In this document: positions 28,113 to 37,826 of the stretch, one piece after another
Layout: every line of letters starts with the position of its first letter
How positions within the stretch are numbered: the first letter of the stretch is position 1
Assembly: GCA_007120695.1 (NCBI GenBank)
Contig: SKND01000035.1
Location: forward strand, 2,650-66,649
Length of the DNA: 64,000 nucleotides
Direction: 5' to 3'
DNA from: Bacteroidales bacterium
Lineage (GTDB): Bacteria > Bacteroidota > Bacteroidia > Bacteroidales > PUMT01
Translations under genes and position numbers: made by a program
Notes under the pieces: model-generated
What the model saw: the letters and a program-made list of their open reading frames with translations, nothing else
Database searches by the model: none
What the model was told of the DNA's origin: nothing

Positions 28113-29156
28113 TTAATTCCGCTCTCCCCTGGTGTAAACCTCATATGCCGTCTGTACTGCCTCGCAATACGCCCTGGCTGTAACTGTTGCTCCGCTGATT
28201 CCGTCTATAACCCCGCCATCTTCCCTTATTTTCAGTACTTCGCCTGACGGGTCCCTGCCAACGAATTGTTTGTAAAAATCAGATCTGGCATTTTCTATCA
28301 GGTCGCCGTAGTTAGCCGATTCATTATGTTCGAGTACTTCAACACCCGTTATTATGCCTTCCTGGTTAAACCCTACCATTAGTCTTATATTCCCAATGTA
28401 TCCCGACTCTGACCATGACTCTACGGCCGTACCCGTGAAATTTCTCCCTCTCCTGCCCGGATAGAGGTTATACACTTTGCCTTCATATACTACCTGGAAC
28501 TCTTCCATAACCGGGTTGTTGGCAAAACCGGGAAGTACCCTGTCAATTGCCTCCTCTTTTGCGGGGAGCTCATATGACACATCTGCATCTTTATCGATAT
28601 ATACTTTCCATGCCAGTTCAACAGCTTCACAATAGGCACGGGAGCTTATAGTAGTAGCGGTTATACCGTCAATGTCTCCGCCATCCTGTCTTAGCCTGAG
28701 ACGGAAATCCTCCGGATTCTGTCCCTCGAACTGAACGCTGAAATCGGATTTATCGCTTTCCATCTTGTCGCCAAGGCCAGGGGTCTCTTTATGTTCCAGT
28801 ACCTCTATGCCATGTATTGTTCCGTCCGGCAGTAATCCTACCATCAGTATTATCTCCCCGCTGAACCCCCGGTTGGTAAATGTCTCGACAGCCGTACCTA
28901 CAAGCTCTCCATCTTTCTTTGCCGGGTAGAATACAAGTTCTCCGCCGGAGACCTCAATGCGGTATTCCTCCTCTGACGGGTTATTGTCAAAAACCGGCAC
29001 AACCGATCTGATTGCATTATTCTTCTTGGCGGCTCTCGCAGCCTCAATAGGTTCTTTGGTCAGTTCATATATAAATCCCAGGGAAGCAGAGGCGATAAAG
29101 GTTATCACCAGCAATGCCATGACCATATTAAAGAAGGTGGATTCCCTTTTAGCCAT
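28113..29156 (-). CDS. rnfG: Rnf electron transport complex subunit G, duplicated form with two FMN-binding domains
   Basis: 347 aa. One N-terminal TM helix is followed by two colinear FMN_bind-like modules ending DGITATTISSRAYCEAV and DGISGATVTARAYCEAV. It sits between rnfD and rnfE. Confidence 0.85.
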   Translation of the reverse strand: MAKRESTFFNMVMALLVITFIASASLGFIYELTKEPIEAARAAKKNNAIRSVVPVFDNNPSEEEYRIEVSGGELVFYPAKKDGELVGTAVETFTNRGFSGEIILMVGLLPDGTIHGIEVLEHKETPGLGDKMESDKSDFSVQFEGQNPEDFRLRLRQDGGDIDGITATTISSRAYCEAVELAWKVYIDKDADVSYELPAKEEAIDRVLPGFANNPVMEEFQVVYEGKVYNLYPGRRGRNFTGTAVESWSESGYIGNIRLMVGFNQEGIITGVEVLEHNESANYGDLIENARSDFYKQFVGRDPSGEVLKIREDGGVIDGISGATVTARAYCEAVQTAYEVYTRGERN

Positions 29157-30150
29157 TTTTTACCTCCTCTCCGAATCTTTTTGGTTTAACATATTTGTTT
29201 ATCAAGGGGACAAATGCGTTCATTATCAGGATGGCGAATGATACACCTTCAGGGTACGCCCCGTAAATCCTGATCGCAACGGTTATCACCCCGATACCAA
29301 TACCAAATATCCACATTCCCTTAGGTGTCATTGGCGAGGTTACGTAGTCGGTTGCCATATATACGGCCCCCAGAACCAGTCCCCCGCTCAGAAGATGAAA
29401 GAGCGGATCGGCATTGTCATATGGATTGATCAGCCAGAGGATCCCGGTAAAAATAAAAACAGAAAGAAAAATGGAAGCCGGTATATGCCACGTGATTATC
29501 TTTCTGGTCAGCATATAGAGGCCACCGGCCAGCAGTGCCAGTGCTGAAATTTCTCCTGTACACCCCGGAAGGTAACCTATGAAAAGCTCCATATATCCGG
29601 GTATCTGTTCAAGCAACCTTGACATAGGCACTCCGGCTGACAGTCCTTCCTTTACAACTGCCAGGGGAGTGGCACCCGTAACGGCATCGGTATACTGCAA
29701 CCTTGAAACAATTGGTTCGGGCCAGCTTGTCATCTGAACAGGGAAGGAGATAAACAAAAAGACCCTTCCCACCAGCGCCGGATTGAACGGATTATTACCC
29801 AGTCCCCCGAAAGTCATCTTCCCAACACCAATTGCCACCAGGGCACCGATCACTATGATCCACCAAGGCAGGTTTGTTGGCAGATTGAAAGCCAGCAGCA
29901 GCCCTGTAACCAGTGCCGAACCGTCACTTATGGAGGGCTCTGATTTCATAAGGTACTTCTGGATCAGGTATTCAAATGCCACACAGGACACTATTGATAT
30001 GGTAGTTACAATTAATGCGCCGATACCGAAAAAATAGACCGATATAAGCAGTGCAGGTAAAAGTGCATACACCACCCCGTACATCAGCTTTTTAACGGTA
30101 TCGTCCCCGTAGACATGAGGTGAGGGAGAAACAGTTATTAATTTGTCCAT
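29149..30150 (-). CDS. rnfD: Rnf electron transport complex subunit D
   Basis: 333 aa. The N-terminus is SPSPHVYGDDTVKKLMYGVVYALLPAL. The flavinylation motif is DAVTGATPL. It is polytopic. Confidence 0.9.
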   Translation of the reverse strand: MDKLITVSPSPHVYGDDTVKKLMYGVVYALLPALLISVYFFGIGALIVTTISIVSCVAFEYLIQKYLMKSEPSISDGSALVTGLLLAFNLPTNLPWWIIVIGALVAIGVGKMTFGGLGNNPFNPALVGRVFLFISFPVQMTSWPEPIVSRLQYTDAVTGATPLAVVKEGLSAGVPMSRLLEQIPGYMELFIGYLPGCTGEISALALLAGGLYMLTRKIITWHIPASIFLSVFIFTGILWLINPYDNADPLFHLLSGGLVLGAVYMATDYVTSPMTPKGMWIFGIGIGVITVAIRIYGAYPEGVSFAILIMNAFVPLINKYVKPKRFGEEVKNG

Positions 30151-31481
30151 TATTGTTTCCTTGATCTGATAATTTTACTTACAGTTGATTTACCCAGCCG
30201 GATATAATCCAGCAAGGGTCTGCCCGAAGGACATATATAGCTGCAGGATCCGCATTCCATGCAATCCAGGGCACGTTCCTCTTCAACAATATCCCACTTT
30301 TTGTATTCGGATGCCTGCTGCAGAAGGTAGGGCTCCAGGCCCATTGGACACACACTGATACATTTGGTGCATCTTATGCAGTTGACAACCGGTTTGCGCT
30401 TCGCTTCTGCTGACGGTATCAGCAGAATACCGGAGGTGCCTTTTGTAACCGGTATATCAGTATTGATCAGCGCTTTACCCATCATCGGTCCCCCGTTGAT
30501 AATCTTGCCCGTATCTTCAGGCAGTCCGCCGGCAGCCTCAATAAGTTCGGAGACCGGCGTACCGATCCTTACCATGAAGTTTGACGGGGTTTGAAGATCT
30601 TTCCCCGTTACTGTCACCACCCTTTCGATCAGCGGTTTATTTTTCTGTACTGCTTCATAAATAGCATAAGCGGTACCGACATTATGCACAACAGTACCCA
30701 CATCTACAGGCAGTCCACCTGACGGAACCTCCCTGTTAATAAGTGCCTTGATAAGCTGTTTCTCTCCACCCTGCGGATATTTAACCTTCAGCGGCCTCAC
30801 CTCCGTTCCACCGAAACCTTTAGCAAGTGAAGAAAGGTGGTTTATGGCATCGGGTTTGTTTTTCTCAATTCCGATCAGGGCCTTTTTTACATTAAGCTTT
30901 TTCATGATTAGCTGTATGCCTACCATCAGTTCTTCTCCTTTTTCAAGCATCAGCCTGTGATCAGAAGTCAGGCAAGGCTCGCACTCAGCACCGTTGATAA
31001 TAAGCACATCTGCCGTTTTTCCTTTCGGAACAGATAGCTTGATATGTGAAGGAAAAGTCGCGCCACCCAGTCCCACGATTCCTGCATCCAGCGTTTTCTG
31101 TATTATCTCGTCAGCCGTAGCGACGATATTCCGGTTCAGTGTATCACTTGTATCTATTCCTTCTTCCCACTGATCTTCTTCCGTTGAAATTGAAATAGCC
31201 ATCCGTTTGTACCCGCTGCTGTCCATCAGCTTATCCACTTTGGTCACCGTGCCGGTAACCGAAGAGTGGACATTGGCAGATACAAAGCTCTTGCATTTTG
31301 CTATCCACTGTCCGGTCTTAACCTTGTCTCCCTTTTTGACGAGAGGTTCGGAAGGGGCTCCGATATGCTGGGAGAGAGGAATGTTTACTGTTTTGGGCAA
31401 TGGAAGAACCTTTATCGGGCTTCCCGCCGAGAACTTATCCTCTGGCGGGTGAATCCCCCCTCTGGGAAATGTTTGTATCAC
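30150..31481 (-). CDS. rnfC: Rnf electron transport complex subunit C
   Basis: 443 aa. It has GLGGATFPSHIK and two 4Fe-4S motifs, CIRCTKCISVCP and CMECGSCSYICP. Confidence 0.9.
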   Translation of the reverse strand: MIQTFPRGGIHPPEDKFSAGSPIKVLPLPKTVNIPLSQHIGAPSEPLVKKGDKVKTGQWIAKCKSFVSANVHSSVTGTVTKVDKLMDSSGYKRMAISISTEEDQWEEGIDTSDTLNRNIVATADEIIQKTLDAGIVGLGGATFPSHIKLSVPKGKTADVLIINGAECEPCLTSDHRLMLEKGEELMVGIQLIMKKLNVKKALIGIEKNKPDAINHLSSLAKGFGGTEVRPLKVKYPQGGEKQLIKALINREVPSGGLPVDVGTVVHNVGTAYAIYEAVQKNKPLIERVVTVTGKDLQTPSNFMVRIGTPVSELIEAAGGLPEDTGKIINGGPMMGKALINTDIPVTKGTSGILLIPSAEAKRKPVVNCIRCTKCISVCPMGLEPYLLQQASEYKKWDIVEEERALDCMECGSCSYICPSGRPLLDYIRLGKSTVSKIIRSRKQ

Positions 31482-31597
31482 TTTTAACCTCCTGTTATTT
31501 ATGATTATTAAATACTATTCAGTAAATTATATGCTTCGTTACTTATGCCTTAAGATACCTGAACATACTGACACGTGGTAATAAGCAGTTTAAAAAG

Positions 31598-32449
31598 TCA
31601 TTTCGCCCCGGCTTCCGCTTTCTGTTTACGTACCGGGAAATTGATTTCCAGTATTGCATTTGTAGGGCATTCGGGTGCACACTTCCTGCACAGCTTGCAT
31701 TTAAACGGATCGATGTATGCAAGGTTATTCTCAAGAGTTATTGCCTCATAGGGACATACCTTGACACATTTGCCGCATCCAATGCAAGCCACCTTGCAGC
31801 TTTTTCTTGCAACCCCTCCCTTCTCTTCGTTTATACAGGAAACATAAATCTTACGGTCTTTTTTGTTTTTCTTCCTGAGTTCTATGATGTTTCGGGGACA
31901 AGCAATTACGCATGCGTTGCATGCCGTGCAGTTCTCATCTATTACCTCGGGAAGTCCTGTTTCCGGGTTCATGTATATTGCATCGAACTTGCAAACTTCC
32001 ACGCATTCACCCAGTCCGAGACATCCGTGCGGACAACCCGCTTCTCCGGTATAAAGTGTTGAAGAGATAGTACATGAAGGAGTACCATCATAAACATTTG
32101 TTTTTGTGCGGTATTCAGGCGAACCGGCACAACGTACAACGGCCACCAGCGGATCCTGACTGGAAATCTCCTTGCCCAGTATGACTGCGATTTTGGACAT
32201 GGCCTCGCTGCTGCTCACCGGGCATTTCAGGTTGGAGATATCATCTGCCCTGACAAGTGCTTCGGCAAACGCCCTGCAGCCCGGAAGTCCGCATCCGCCA
32301 CAATTTGCAGCCGGCAGTTCCTCTTCCACAAGATCGATACGCGGGTCCTCAACAACATTGAACTTTTTGGCCACCATGAAAAGGATAATTGCAGCAGCCG
32401 TTCCCATGGCGCTTACCGTAATGACAGAATAAATAACTATATCACTCAT
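31598..32449 (-). CDS. rnfB: Rnf electron transport complex subunit B (polyferredoxin type)
   Basis: 283 aa with an N-terminal TM helix. Motifs CGGCGLPGCRAFAEAL plus several CxxCxxCxxxCP clusters. Confidence 0.9.
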   Translation of the reverse strand: MSDIVIYSVITVSAMGTAAAIILFMVAKKFNVVEDPRIDLVEEELPAANCGGCGLPGCRAFAEALVRADDISNLKCPVSSSEAMSKIAVILGKEISSQDPLVAVVRCAGSPEYRTKTNVYDGTPSCTISSTLYTGEAGCPHGCLGLGECVEVCKFDAIYMNPETGLPEVIDENCTACNACVIACPRNIIELRKKNKKDRKIYVSCINEEKGGVARKSCKVACIGCGKCVKVCPYEAITLENNLAYIDPFKCKLCRKCAPECPTNAILEINFPVRKQKAEAGAK

Positions 32450-32461
32450 TGCTATTGAACG

Positions 32462-32884
32462 TTACAATTTTTGCAATCTGAAAGAAAACTCCTTTTTAAG
32501 CTTATCGCTGAAAAAAGACAAACCGGCATAATAGGGGATAAGCGATAACAGCGCAGCGAGCCCTGCGAACCCTTCACTTAAACCCAGTGATGTTAAAAGG
32601 ATCAGCATGAACATAACCACCAGAAAAGGCAATATATAACCAATTACAAGTGCCTTAAGGCCGAGGGACTGCTCAAGTATCACCCTTATCTCTTCACCTT
32701 CTGAATATGAATCGCCGTTTCTTCTGAGAACCTCAATTACCCTTTCACCCGTTTCGCCTATAGAGCATGAGCTTCTGACGCGGCAGCTTCCGCAGGCAGA
32801 CTCAGGCAATACGCTGACCCTTACCAGCTTATCATTTACTTCGCTTATTATCCCCAAATGCTCAATAGTGCCGGATGAACCCAT
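32462..32884 (-). CDS. RseC/MucC-family protein (SoxR-reducing system / Rnf-associated)
   Basis: It has the motif LVRVSVLPESACGSCRVRSSCS followed by two TM helices, directly upstream of rnfB. The track ORF extends to TTG 32914, but that codon lies inside a TATTTTTG -7-like box (minus strand, 32919..32912), so ATG 32884 is preferred. Confidence 0.6.
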   Translation of the reverse strand: MGSSGTIEHLGIISEVNDKLVRVSVLPESACGSCRVRSSCSIGETGERVIEVLRRNGDSYSEGEEIRVILEQSLGLKALVIGYILPFLVVMFMLILLTSLGLSEGFAGLAALLSLIPYYAGLSFFSDKLKKEFSFRLQKL

Positions 32885-33069
32885 TTTAATGCTTGGTTTT
32901 TTTGGAAAATACAAAAATATTGATGTTTCCCTTCTAAAGATTGTTTTTTGTCATGTTTTGCCGGAGGGCAAATAATTTAGATTTAGTATTAATCTAAATT
33001 GAATGAATTAAGGCGACCTGGTTCAGGCAGAAAACCACGGGCCAATCTGCGGGTTATGAATTTTGGGTT

Positions 33070-35178
33070 TCAACCTATTCTGCTCCAGTCCTCTATCTCA
33101 GGATTGAGTTTTCTCAGTTGCCTGTACAGGATAACATTCCCGGGTTTCTCGAGCATCGGGTCATTATCAAGAATGCTGATGGCCTGTTGCCTGGCATATT
33201 CCAGTATCTGGCTGTCTTTGCCCAGGTGTGCGATCTTAAGGGCAAACGGGAATCCGCTTTGCATGGTTCCTTCCATATCTCCGGGACCGCGAAGCTTCAT
33301 ATCTGCCTCTGCAATTTCAAAACCGTCATTCGTGTCTGTCATCGTCTTAATTCTCTGCCTGGCCTCATTTGATAGTTTATGGGAGGTCATAAGTATGCAA
33401 TACGACTGATCGGCTCCCCGTCCCACCCGTCCGCGGAGCTGGTGAAGCTGCGACAAACCGAACCTCTCTGCACTTTCAATAACCATAACGCTTGCATTGG
33501 GCACGTCAACACCAACTTCAATTACCGTAGTTGCGACCAGTATGTGTGCTCTTCCTGAAATAAACTGCTGCATCCCTGTCTCCTTGTTCTCGTGCTTCAT
33601 TTGTCCGTGAACTATGGATACTATATATCCGGGGGGCGGAAATGCCCTGGTAATACTTTCGTAGCCATCTTCAAGGTCTTTGTAATCCATTTTCTCCGAA
33701 CCTGAAATCAAAGGATAGACTATATAGATCTGCCTGCCAAGTTCAATTTGCTTTCTCAGAAATCCGAAAAGCCTCTCCCTGCGGTTGTCGTAGTAATGCG
33801 CTGTTACAACCGGCCTGCGTCCGGGAGGAAGCTCATCTATCACAGAAACTTCAAGATCTCCGTAAACAGTCATAGCCAGTGTCCTTGGAATAGGAGTTGC
33901 CGTCATTACCAGGATGTGCGGCGGGTGCTCACTTTTTTTCCACATTCTTGCCCTCTGGGCAACACCGAACCGGTGCTGCTCATCAATAATGGCGAGACCG
34001 AGTTGCCTGAACTGCACACTCTCTTCAATAAGAGCATGAGTACCAACAAGGATATTCAATTCTCCTGAAATGAGCTCTCCATGCAGAACAGTGCGCTCCT
34101 TTTTTCTTGTTGAGCCCGTCAGTAATCCCACTTTAACCGGGAGTTCTCGTAAAATCTCGGAAATTGTCCTGAAATGCTGTGCTGCCAGGATTTCGGTGGG
34201 AGCCATAAGGCATGCCTGGAAGCCATTGTCTACTGCAATCAGCATGCTCATAATTGCCACGAGGGTTTTTCCGCTTCCCACATCACCCTGCAGCAGGCGG
34301 TTCATCTGTTTCCCCGTACCTGTATCTTTCCTGATCTCCCTGATGACCCTTTTCTGGGCTTCGGTTAGTTCAAAAGGAAGATGATAATGGTAGAAGGTAT
34401 TAAGCAGTTCTCCTACCCGTGTGAACACAAACCCTTTTACCTTTTCATTTCTGCCTGACTTTTGTCTCAGGATATTAAGCTGAAGGTAGAAGAGCTCTTC
34501 AAATTTAAGCCTGTATTCGGCTTTTTTGAGATTTTCAATACTCTGTGGGAAGTGGATATTCAATAACGCCTCATTTATCCCTTCCATCCGGAGTTTCCCT
34601 GTAAGCCAGCCGGGGAGTGTCTCGTCAATCTTTCCTGCCACCAGGGTCAGAAGTTTGTTCTGCAGCTTGCTTATCACCCGGGAAGTGACGAAGCTGTTTT
34701 TCATCTTCTCGCTTGTGTTGTAAAAGGCCTGAAGGGCTGAGCTTATCGTTTTTATTTGTGTTTCCGGATCCTCCATCTCAGGATGCACCAGGTTGACCTT
34801 ATTGTTGAATAAGGTTGGTTTTCCATATACCAGAAACTTTTTCCCGGGCTTGACCAGATCACCTGTCCATCTCAATCCCCTGAACCAGACCAGTTCCAGC
34901 GTGCCTGTTCCATCGGCTATAATGGCTGTCAGCCTCTTGTTCCTTCCTGCTCCCGCAATGCCGACCCTTTTGATAATTCCTTCAAGCTGTATATAAGGAA
35001 GGTCTCCTGTGATTTGTGATATCTTGTAAAACCTGGTCCTGTCTACATGTTTATACGGAAAATAGTAAAGCAGATCGCCGAATGTACGTATACCAAGTTC
35101 TTTGTCGAGCAGGTCCGCTCTTTTGGGACCAACACCCGGTAAGAATTTTATTTCCTTGTCAAGTATATCGGCTGGCAT
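33070..35178 (-). CDS. recG: ATP-dependent DNA helicase RecG
   Basis: 702 aa with a wedge/OB N-domain. Walker A is LLQGDVGSGKT, with DEQHRFG, MTATPIPRT and QLRGRVGRG. Confidence 0.95.
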   Translation of the reverse strand: MPADILDKEIKFLPGVGPKRADLLDKELGIRTFGDLLYYFPYKHVDRTRFYKISQITGDLPYIQLEGIIKRVGIAGAGRNKRLTAIIADGTGTLELVWFRGLRWTGDLVKPGKKFLVYGKPTLFNNKVNLVHPEMEDPETQIKTISSALQAFYNTSEKMKNSFVTSRVISKLQNKLLTLVAGKIDETLPGWLTGKLRMEGINEALLNIHFPQSIENLKKAEYRLKFEELFYLQLNILRQKSGRNEKVKGFVFTRVGELLNTFYHYHLPFELTEAQKRVIREIRKDTGTGKQMNRLLQGDVGSGKTLVAIMSMLIAVDNGFQACLMAPTEILAAQHFRTISEILRELPVKVGLLTGSTRKKERTVLHGELISGELNILVGTHALIEESVQFRQLGLAIIDEQHRFGVAQRARMWKKSEHPPHILVMTATPIPRTLAMTVYGDLEVSVIDELPPGRRPVVTAHYYDNRRERLFGFLRKQIELGRQIYIVYPLISGSEKMDYKDLEDGYESITRAFPPPGYIVSIVHGQMKHENKETGMQQFISGRAHILVATTVIEVGVDVPNASVMVIESAERFGLSQLHQLRGRVGRGADQSYCILMTSHKLSNEARQRIKTMTDTNDGFEIAEADMKLRGPGDMEGTMQSGFPFALKIAHLGKDSQILEYARQQAISILDNDPMLEKPGNVILYRQLRKLNPEIEDWSRIG

Positions 35179-35292
35179 TCAATATCACAGGTTTTTAGTC
35201 TGCTGCAATGGTGGCTGCCAAAAAAGCCCTGGCATGATTATGCTTTGCATTATTAGCGATAAATTTGCAGTGACCGGTTAATTCGTTTTAGA

Positions 35293-36084
35293 ATGGGTAA
35301 AATTAAACTTTTAATTAAATATATTGTCTATAGATTCAGGAGAAGAGGGCGAAGGGGACACGGGATACATTCTCCATTCCTTTTCGGGTTTAACCGGGAT
35401 GTGCTCAATAGCAGTATACAGTACCAGGAGTACCGGAAAATTGATGATTACAGGAAATCTCTGGGGATTGACAAAAGAAGTATAACCGTTACTGATCATG
35501 GGGCAGGTTCAGCAATTTTTTCGTCTGAGAGCAGAAGGGTGTGTGATATATTAAGGGTTTCTGCAAGTAGTGTAAAAACAGGCAGACTGTTGTTCAGGCT
35601 TGCAAAATACCTTAATCCGGAAAATACCATTGAGATGGGAACTTCCCTTGGTTTTGGCACTATGTGCCTTGCAACCGGTTCCCCGAAAGGGAAAATATAC
35701 AGTCTTGAGGCCTGCGCTAACCAGCTTGAAGTAGCGGGGAGATACCTGGGAAGGGCAGGTGTTAATAATGTTGAACTGGTAAGGGGTGACTTCAGTGAGT
35801 CGCTGCCCCGGCTGATGAAAAAGATGCACCATATTGATCTTGCATATTTTGACGGCGATCACAGAAAGGAATCACTTCTCTGGCAATACAATGTTTGCCG
35901 GGATAAAGCAACAGATTCTTCGATCTTTGTTTTAGGCGACATACACTGGTCGCCAGGTATGGAGGAGGCATGGCGGATTATTAGCAGTGAACCAGAAGTG
36001 ACCCTGTCGGTTGATCTGTTCTGGTGCGGACTCCTTTTTTTCAGAAAGGGCATGGCAAAGCAGCATCACATACTATTCAGTTAA
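35293..36084 (+). CDS. class I SAM-dependent methyltransferase (O-methyltransferase-like)
   Basis: 263 aa. The motif I-like sequence is IEMGTSLGFGTMCLA, the acidic loop is YSLEA, and the post-II sequence is DLAYFDGDH. Confidence 0.7.
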   Translation: MGKIKLLIKYIVYRFRRRGRRGHGIHSPFLFGFNRDVLNSSIQYQEYRKIDDYRKSLGIDKRSITVTDHGAGSAIFSSESRRVCDILRVSASSVKTGRLLFRLAKYLNPENTIEMGTSLGFGTMCLATGSPKGKIYSLEACANQLEVAGRYLGRAGVNNVELVRGDFSESLPRLMKKMHHIDLAYFDGDHRKESLLWQYNVCRDKATDSSIFVLGDIHWSPGMEEAWRIISSEPEVTLSVDLFWCGLLFFRKGMAKQHHILFS

Positions 36085-36191
36085 GTTTAAGTCAAAAATA
36101 ATGTTAAAGGATTTTTGTTTTACGGTTATTAAATATAAATTCGGTAATTTTTAGTTTAACCCTTAAAGGCAGTTTAATAAATAATTGATTA

Positions 36192-36917
36192 ATGGAAAAG
36201 ATGATCAGCATCAACAACCTGGTAAAGAACTACAAAATCGGAACAATTGTGGTACGGGCACTGCGCTCGGTATCCGTTGATATAAAAAAGAATGAGTATG
36301 TGGCGATAATGGGTCCGTCAGGTTCCGGTAAATCAACCCTGATGAACATAATCGGCTGCCTTGATACTCCAACCGACGGGTCTTATATTCTGAACGGCAC
36401 CGATGTGAGCAAGCTTGAGGATAATCAGCTCGCAGAGATACGAAATAAGGAGATTGGTTTTGTTTTCCAGACTTTTAATCTTTTGCCCCGCTACAATGCA
36501 TTTGAAAATGTAATGCTCCCAATGGTTTATGCGGGTAAATCCAAGGCAGAAAGAATTGCCCGTGCCGAGGAGGTTGTTGAAAGTGTAGGCCTGAGTGACC
36601 GGGCACTTCACAAACCAAATGAGCTTTCGGGCGGACAGAAGCAGCGTGTTGCCGTTGCCAGGGCACTGGTTAACAACCCGTCAATTATACTGGCCGATGA
36701 GCCTACCGGTAACCTCGACTCCAAGACTTCAGTCGATATAATGAACCTCTTTGACGATATCCATAAAAAGGGTAATACAATAATACTTGTTACCCACGAG
36801 GAGGATATCGCCAGGCATGCACACAGGATACTGAGACTTCGTGACGGCGAGATCGAATCGGATGAGATTAATGAAAACCCTGTAAAGATTGAAGCCCCGG
36901 TCCAGATCGACTCCTGA
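36192..36917 (+). CDS. ABC transporter ATP-binding protein (MacB/LolD-like)
   Basis: 241 aa. Walker A is GPSGSGKST, the signature is [15 protein letters not shown] and Walker B is [11 protein letters not shown]. There is no adjacent permease gene. Confidence 0.9.
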   Translation: MEKMISINNLVKNYKIGTIVVRALRSVSVDIKKNEYVAIMGPSGSGKSTLMNIIGCLDTPTDGSYILNGTDVSKLEDNQLAEIRNKEIGFVFQTFNLLPRYNAFENVMLPMVYAGKSKAERIARAEEVVESVGLSDRALHKPNELSGGQKQRVAVARALVNNPSIILADEPTGNLDSKTSVDIMNLFDDIHKKGNTIILVTHEEDIARHAHRILRLRDGEIESDEINENPVKIEAPVQIDS

Positions 36918-36992
36918 TTTTTGAACATTATTGCGGTTTAGCCGTTTAGGGTGAAAAACTTGTTAATACCTTAGACAGATAAACTAATCAAA

Positions 36993-37541
36993 ATGAAGAT
37001 ATATACAAAAACCGGTGATTCAGGCACAACTTCCCTGATTGGGGGGGGAAGAGTATCTAAAAATGATCCCCGCATTGAGGCTTATGGTACTGTTGATGAG
37101 CTTATTTCGTGGACCGGATTGATCAGGGATCAGAAAATTGATGCCAAATATACTGATCTGCTTGTTGATATCCAGGACAGGCTGATGACCTGCGCCTCTA
37201 TTCTGGCAACAGATTGTGAAGATTGCCCCGTTAAGATCCCTGCCCTGTATGAAGAGGATATTATAAAGCTTGAAGAGGCAATTGATATGATGGAAGAAGA
37301 TCTTGAGCCTCTTTCATCATTTATTCTTCCCGGCGGAAATCCTGTTGTATCATATGTTCATATTACCAGGAACGTGTGCAGACGGGCAGAGCGCAATGTA
37401 TTGAAACTTTCTGAGAAATTTACCGTAAATAATCTGGTGGTTGGATATCTTAACAGATTATCGGACTATTTTTTTGTACTATCAAGGCGATTGGGCAAAG
37501 ATTTAAACGCATTAGAAATTCCCTGGAACCCCAGGTTGTAA
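36993..37541 (+). CDS. ATP:cob(I)alamin adenosyltransferase, PduO type
   Basis: 182 aa. Motifs MKIYTKTGDSGTTSL, RIEAYGTVDELISW, FILPGG and RTVCRRAER-like (ITRNVCRRAER). Confidence 0.9.
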   Translation: MKIYTKTGDSGTTSLIGGGRVSKNDPRIEAYGTVDELISWTGLIRDQKIDAKYTDLLVDIQDRLMTCASILATDCEDCPVKIPALYEEDIIKLEEAIDMMEEDLEPLSSFILPGGNPVVSYVHITRNVCRRAERNVLKLSEKFTVNNLVVGYLNRLSDYFFVLSRRLGKDLNALEIPWNPRL

Positions 37542-37565
37542 AATTCATTAAATTTTATAAATTTG
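37535..37565 (+). promoter_or_regulatory. Bacteroidota-type promoter for the DUF2795 gene
   Basis: GTTG (37535..37538), a 19-nt spacer, then TAAATTTG (37558..37565). It overlaps the stop codon of the upstream gene. The predicted leader is about 33 nt. Confidence 0.5.
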
Positions 37566-37603
37566 CACCACTCAAAAAGATAGATTTTAATTCAAATAGG
37601 ATT

Positions 37604-37825
37604 ATGTACTGGACGCTTGAATTGGCTTCAAAACTGGAAGATGCTCCCTGGCCGGCAACAAAGGATGAATTGATCGATTATGCTATGAGATCGGGAGCAC
37701 CCCTCGAGGTTATCGAAAATCTTCAGGAAATTGAAGATGAGGGTGAGATCTATGAAAGTATTGAGGATATATGGCCAGATTATCCCAGCAAGGATGACTT
37801 CTTCTTCAATGAAGATGAATATTGA
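37604..37825 (+). CDS. DUF2795 domain-containing small acidic protein
   Basis: 73 aa. The motif FPATKDELIDYA-like sequence (WPATKDELIDYAMRSGAPLEVIENL) is as remembered for DUF2795. Confidence 0.6.
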   Translation: MYWTLELASKLEDAPWPATKDELIDYAMRSGAPLEVIENLQEIEDEGEIYESIEDIWPDYPSKDDFFFNEDEY

Positions 37826-37826
37826 T

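Noticed and set aside
32974-33000. The inverted repeat AATTTAGAT-N9-ATCTAAATT lies between recG and the rnf operon.
   Set aside because: The stem is all A/T with no adjacent U-tract on the relevant strand. It is too weak to call a terminator, and there is no second copy to support an operator.
36192-36917. A MacB/LolD-like ABC ATPase has no neighbouring permease, and gldF-gldG (18059..20505) has no gldA ATPase. I considered whether they pair.
   Set aside because: The genes are 16 kb apart and the ATPase has LolD/MacB-type rather than GldA-type character. Split loci for these systems are usual in Bacteroidota, so there is no evidence for a functional link.
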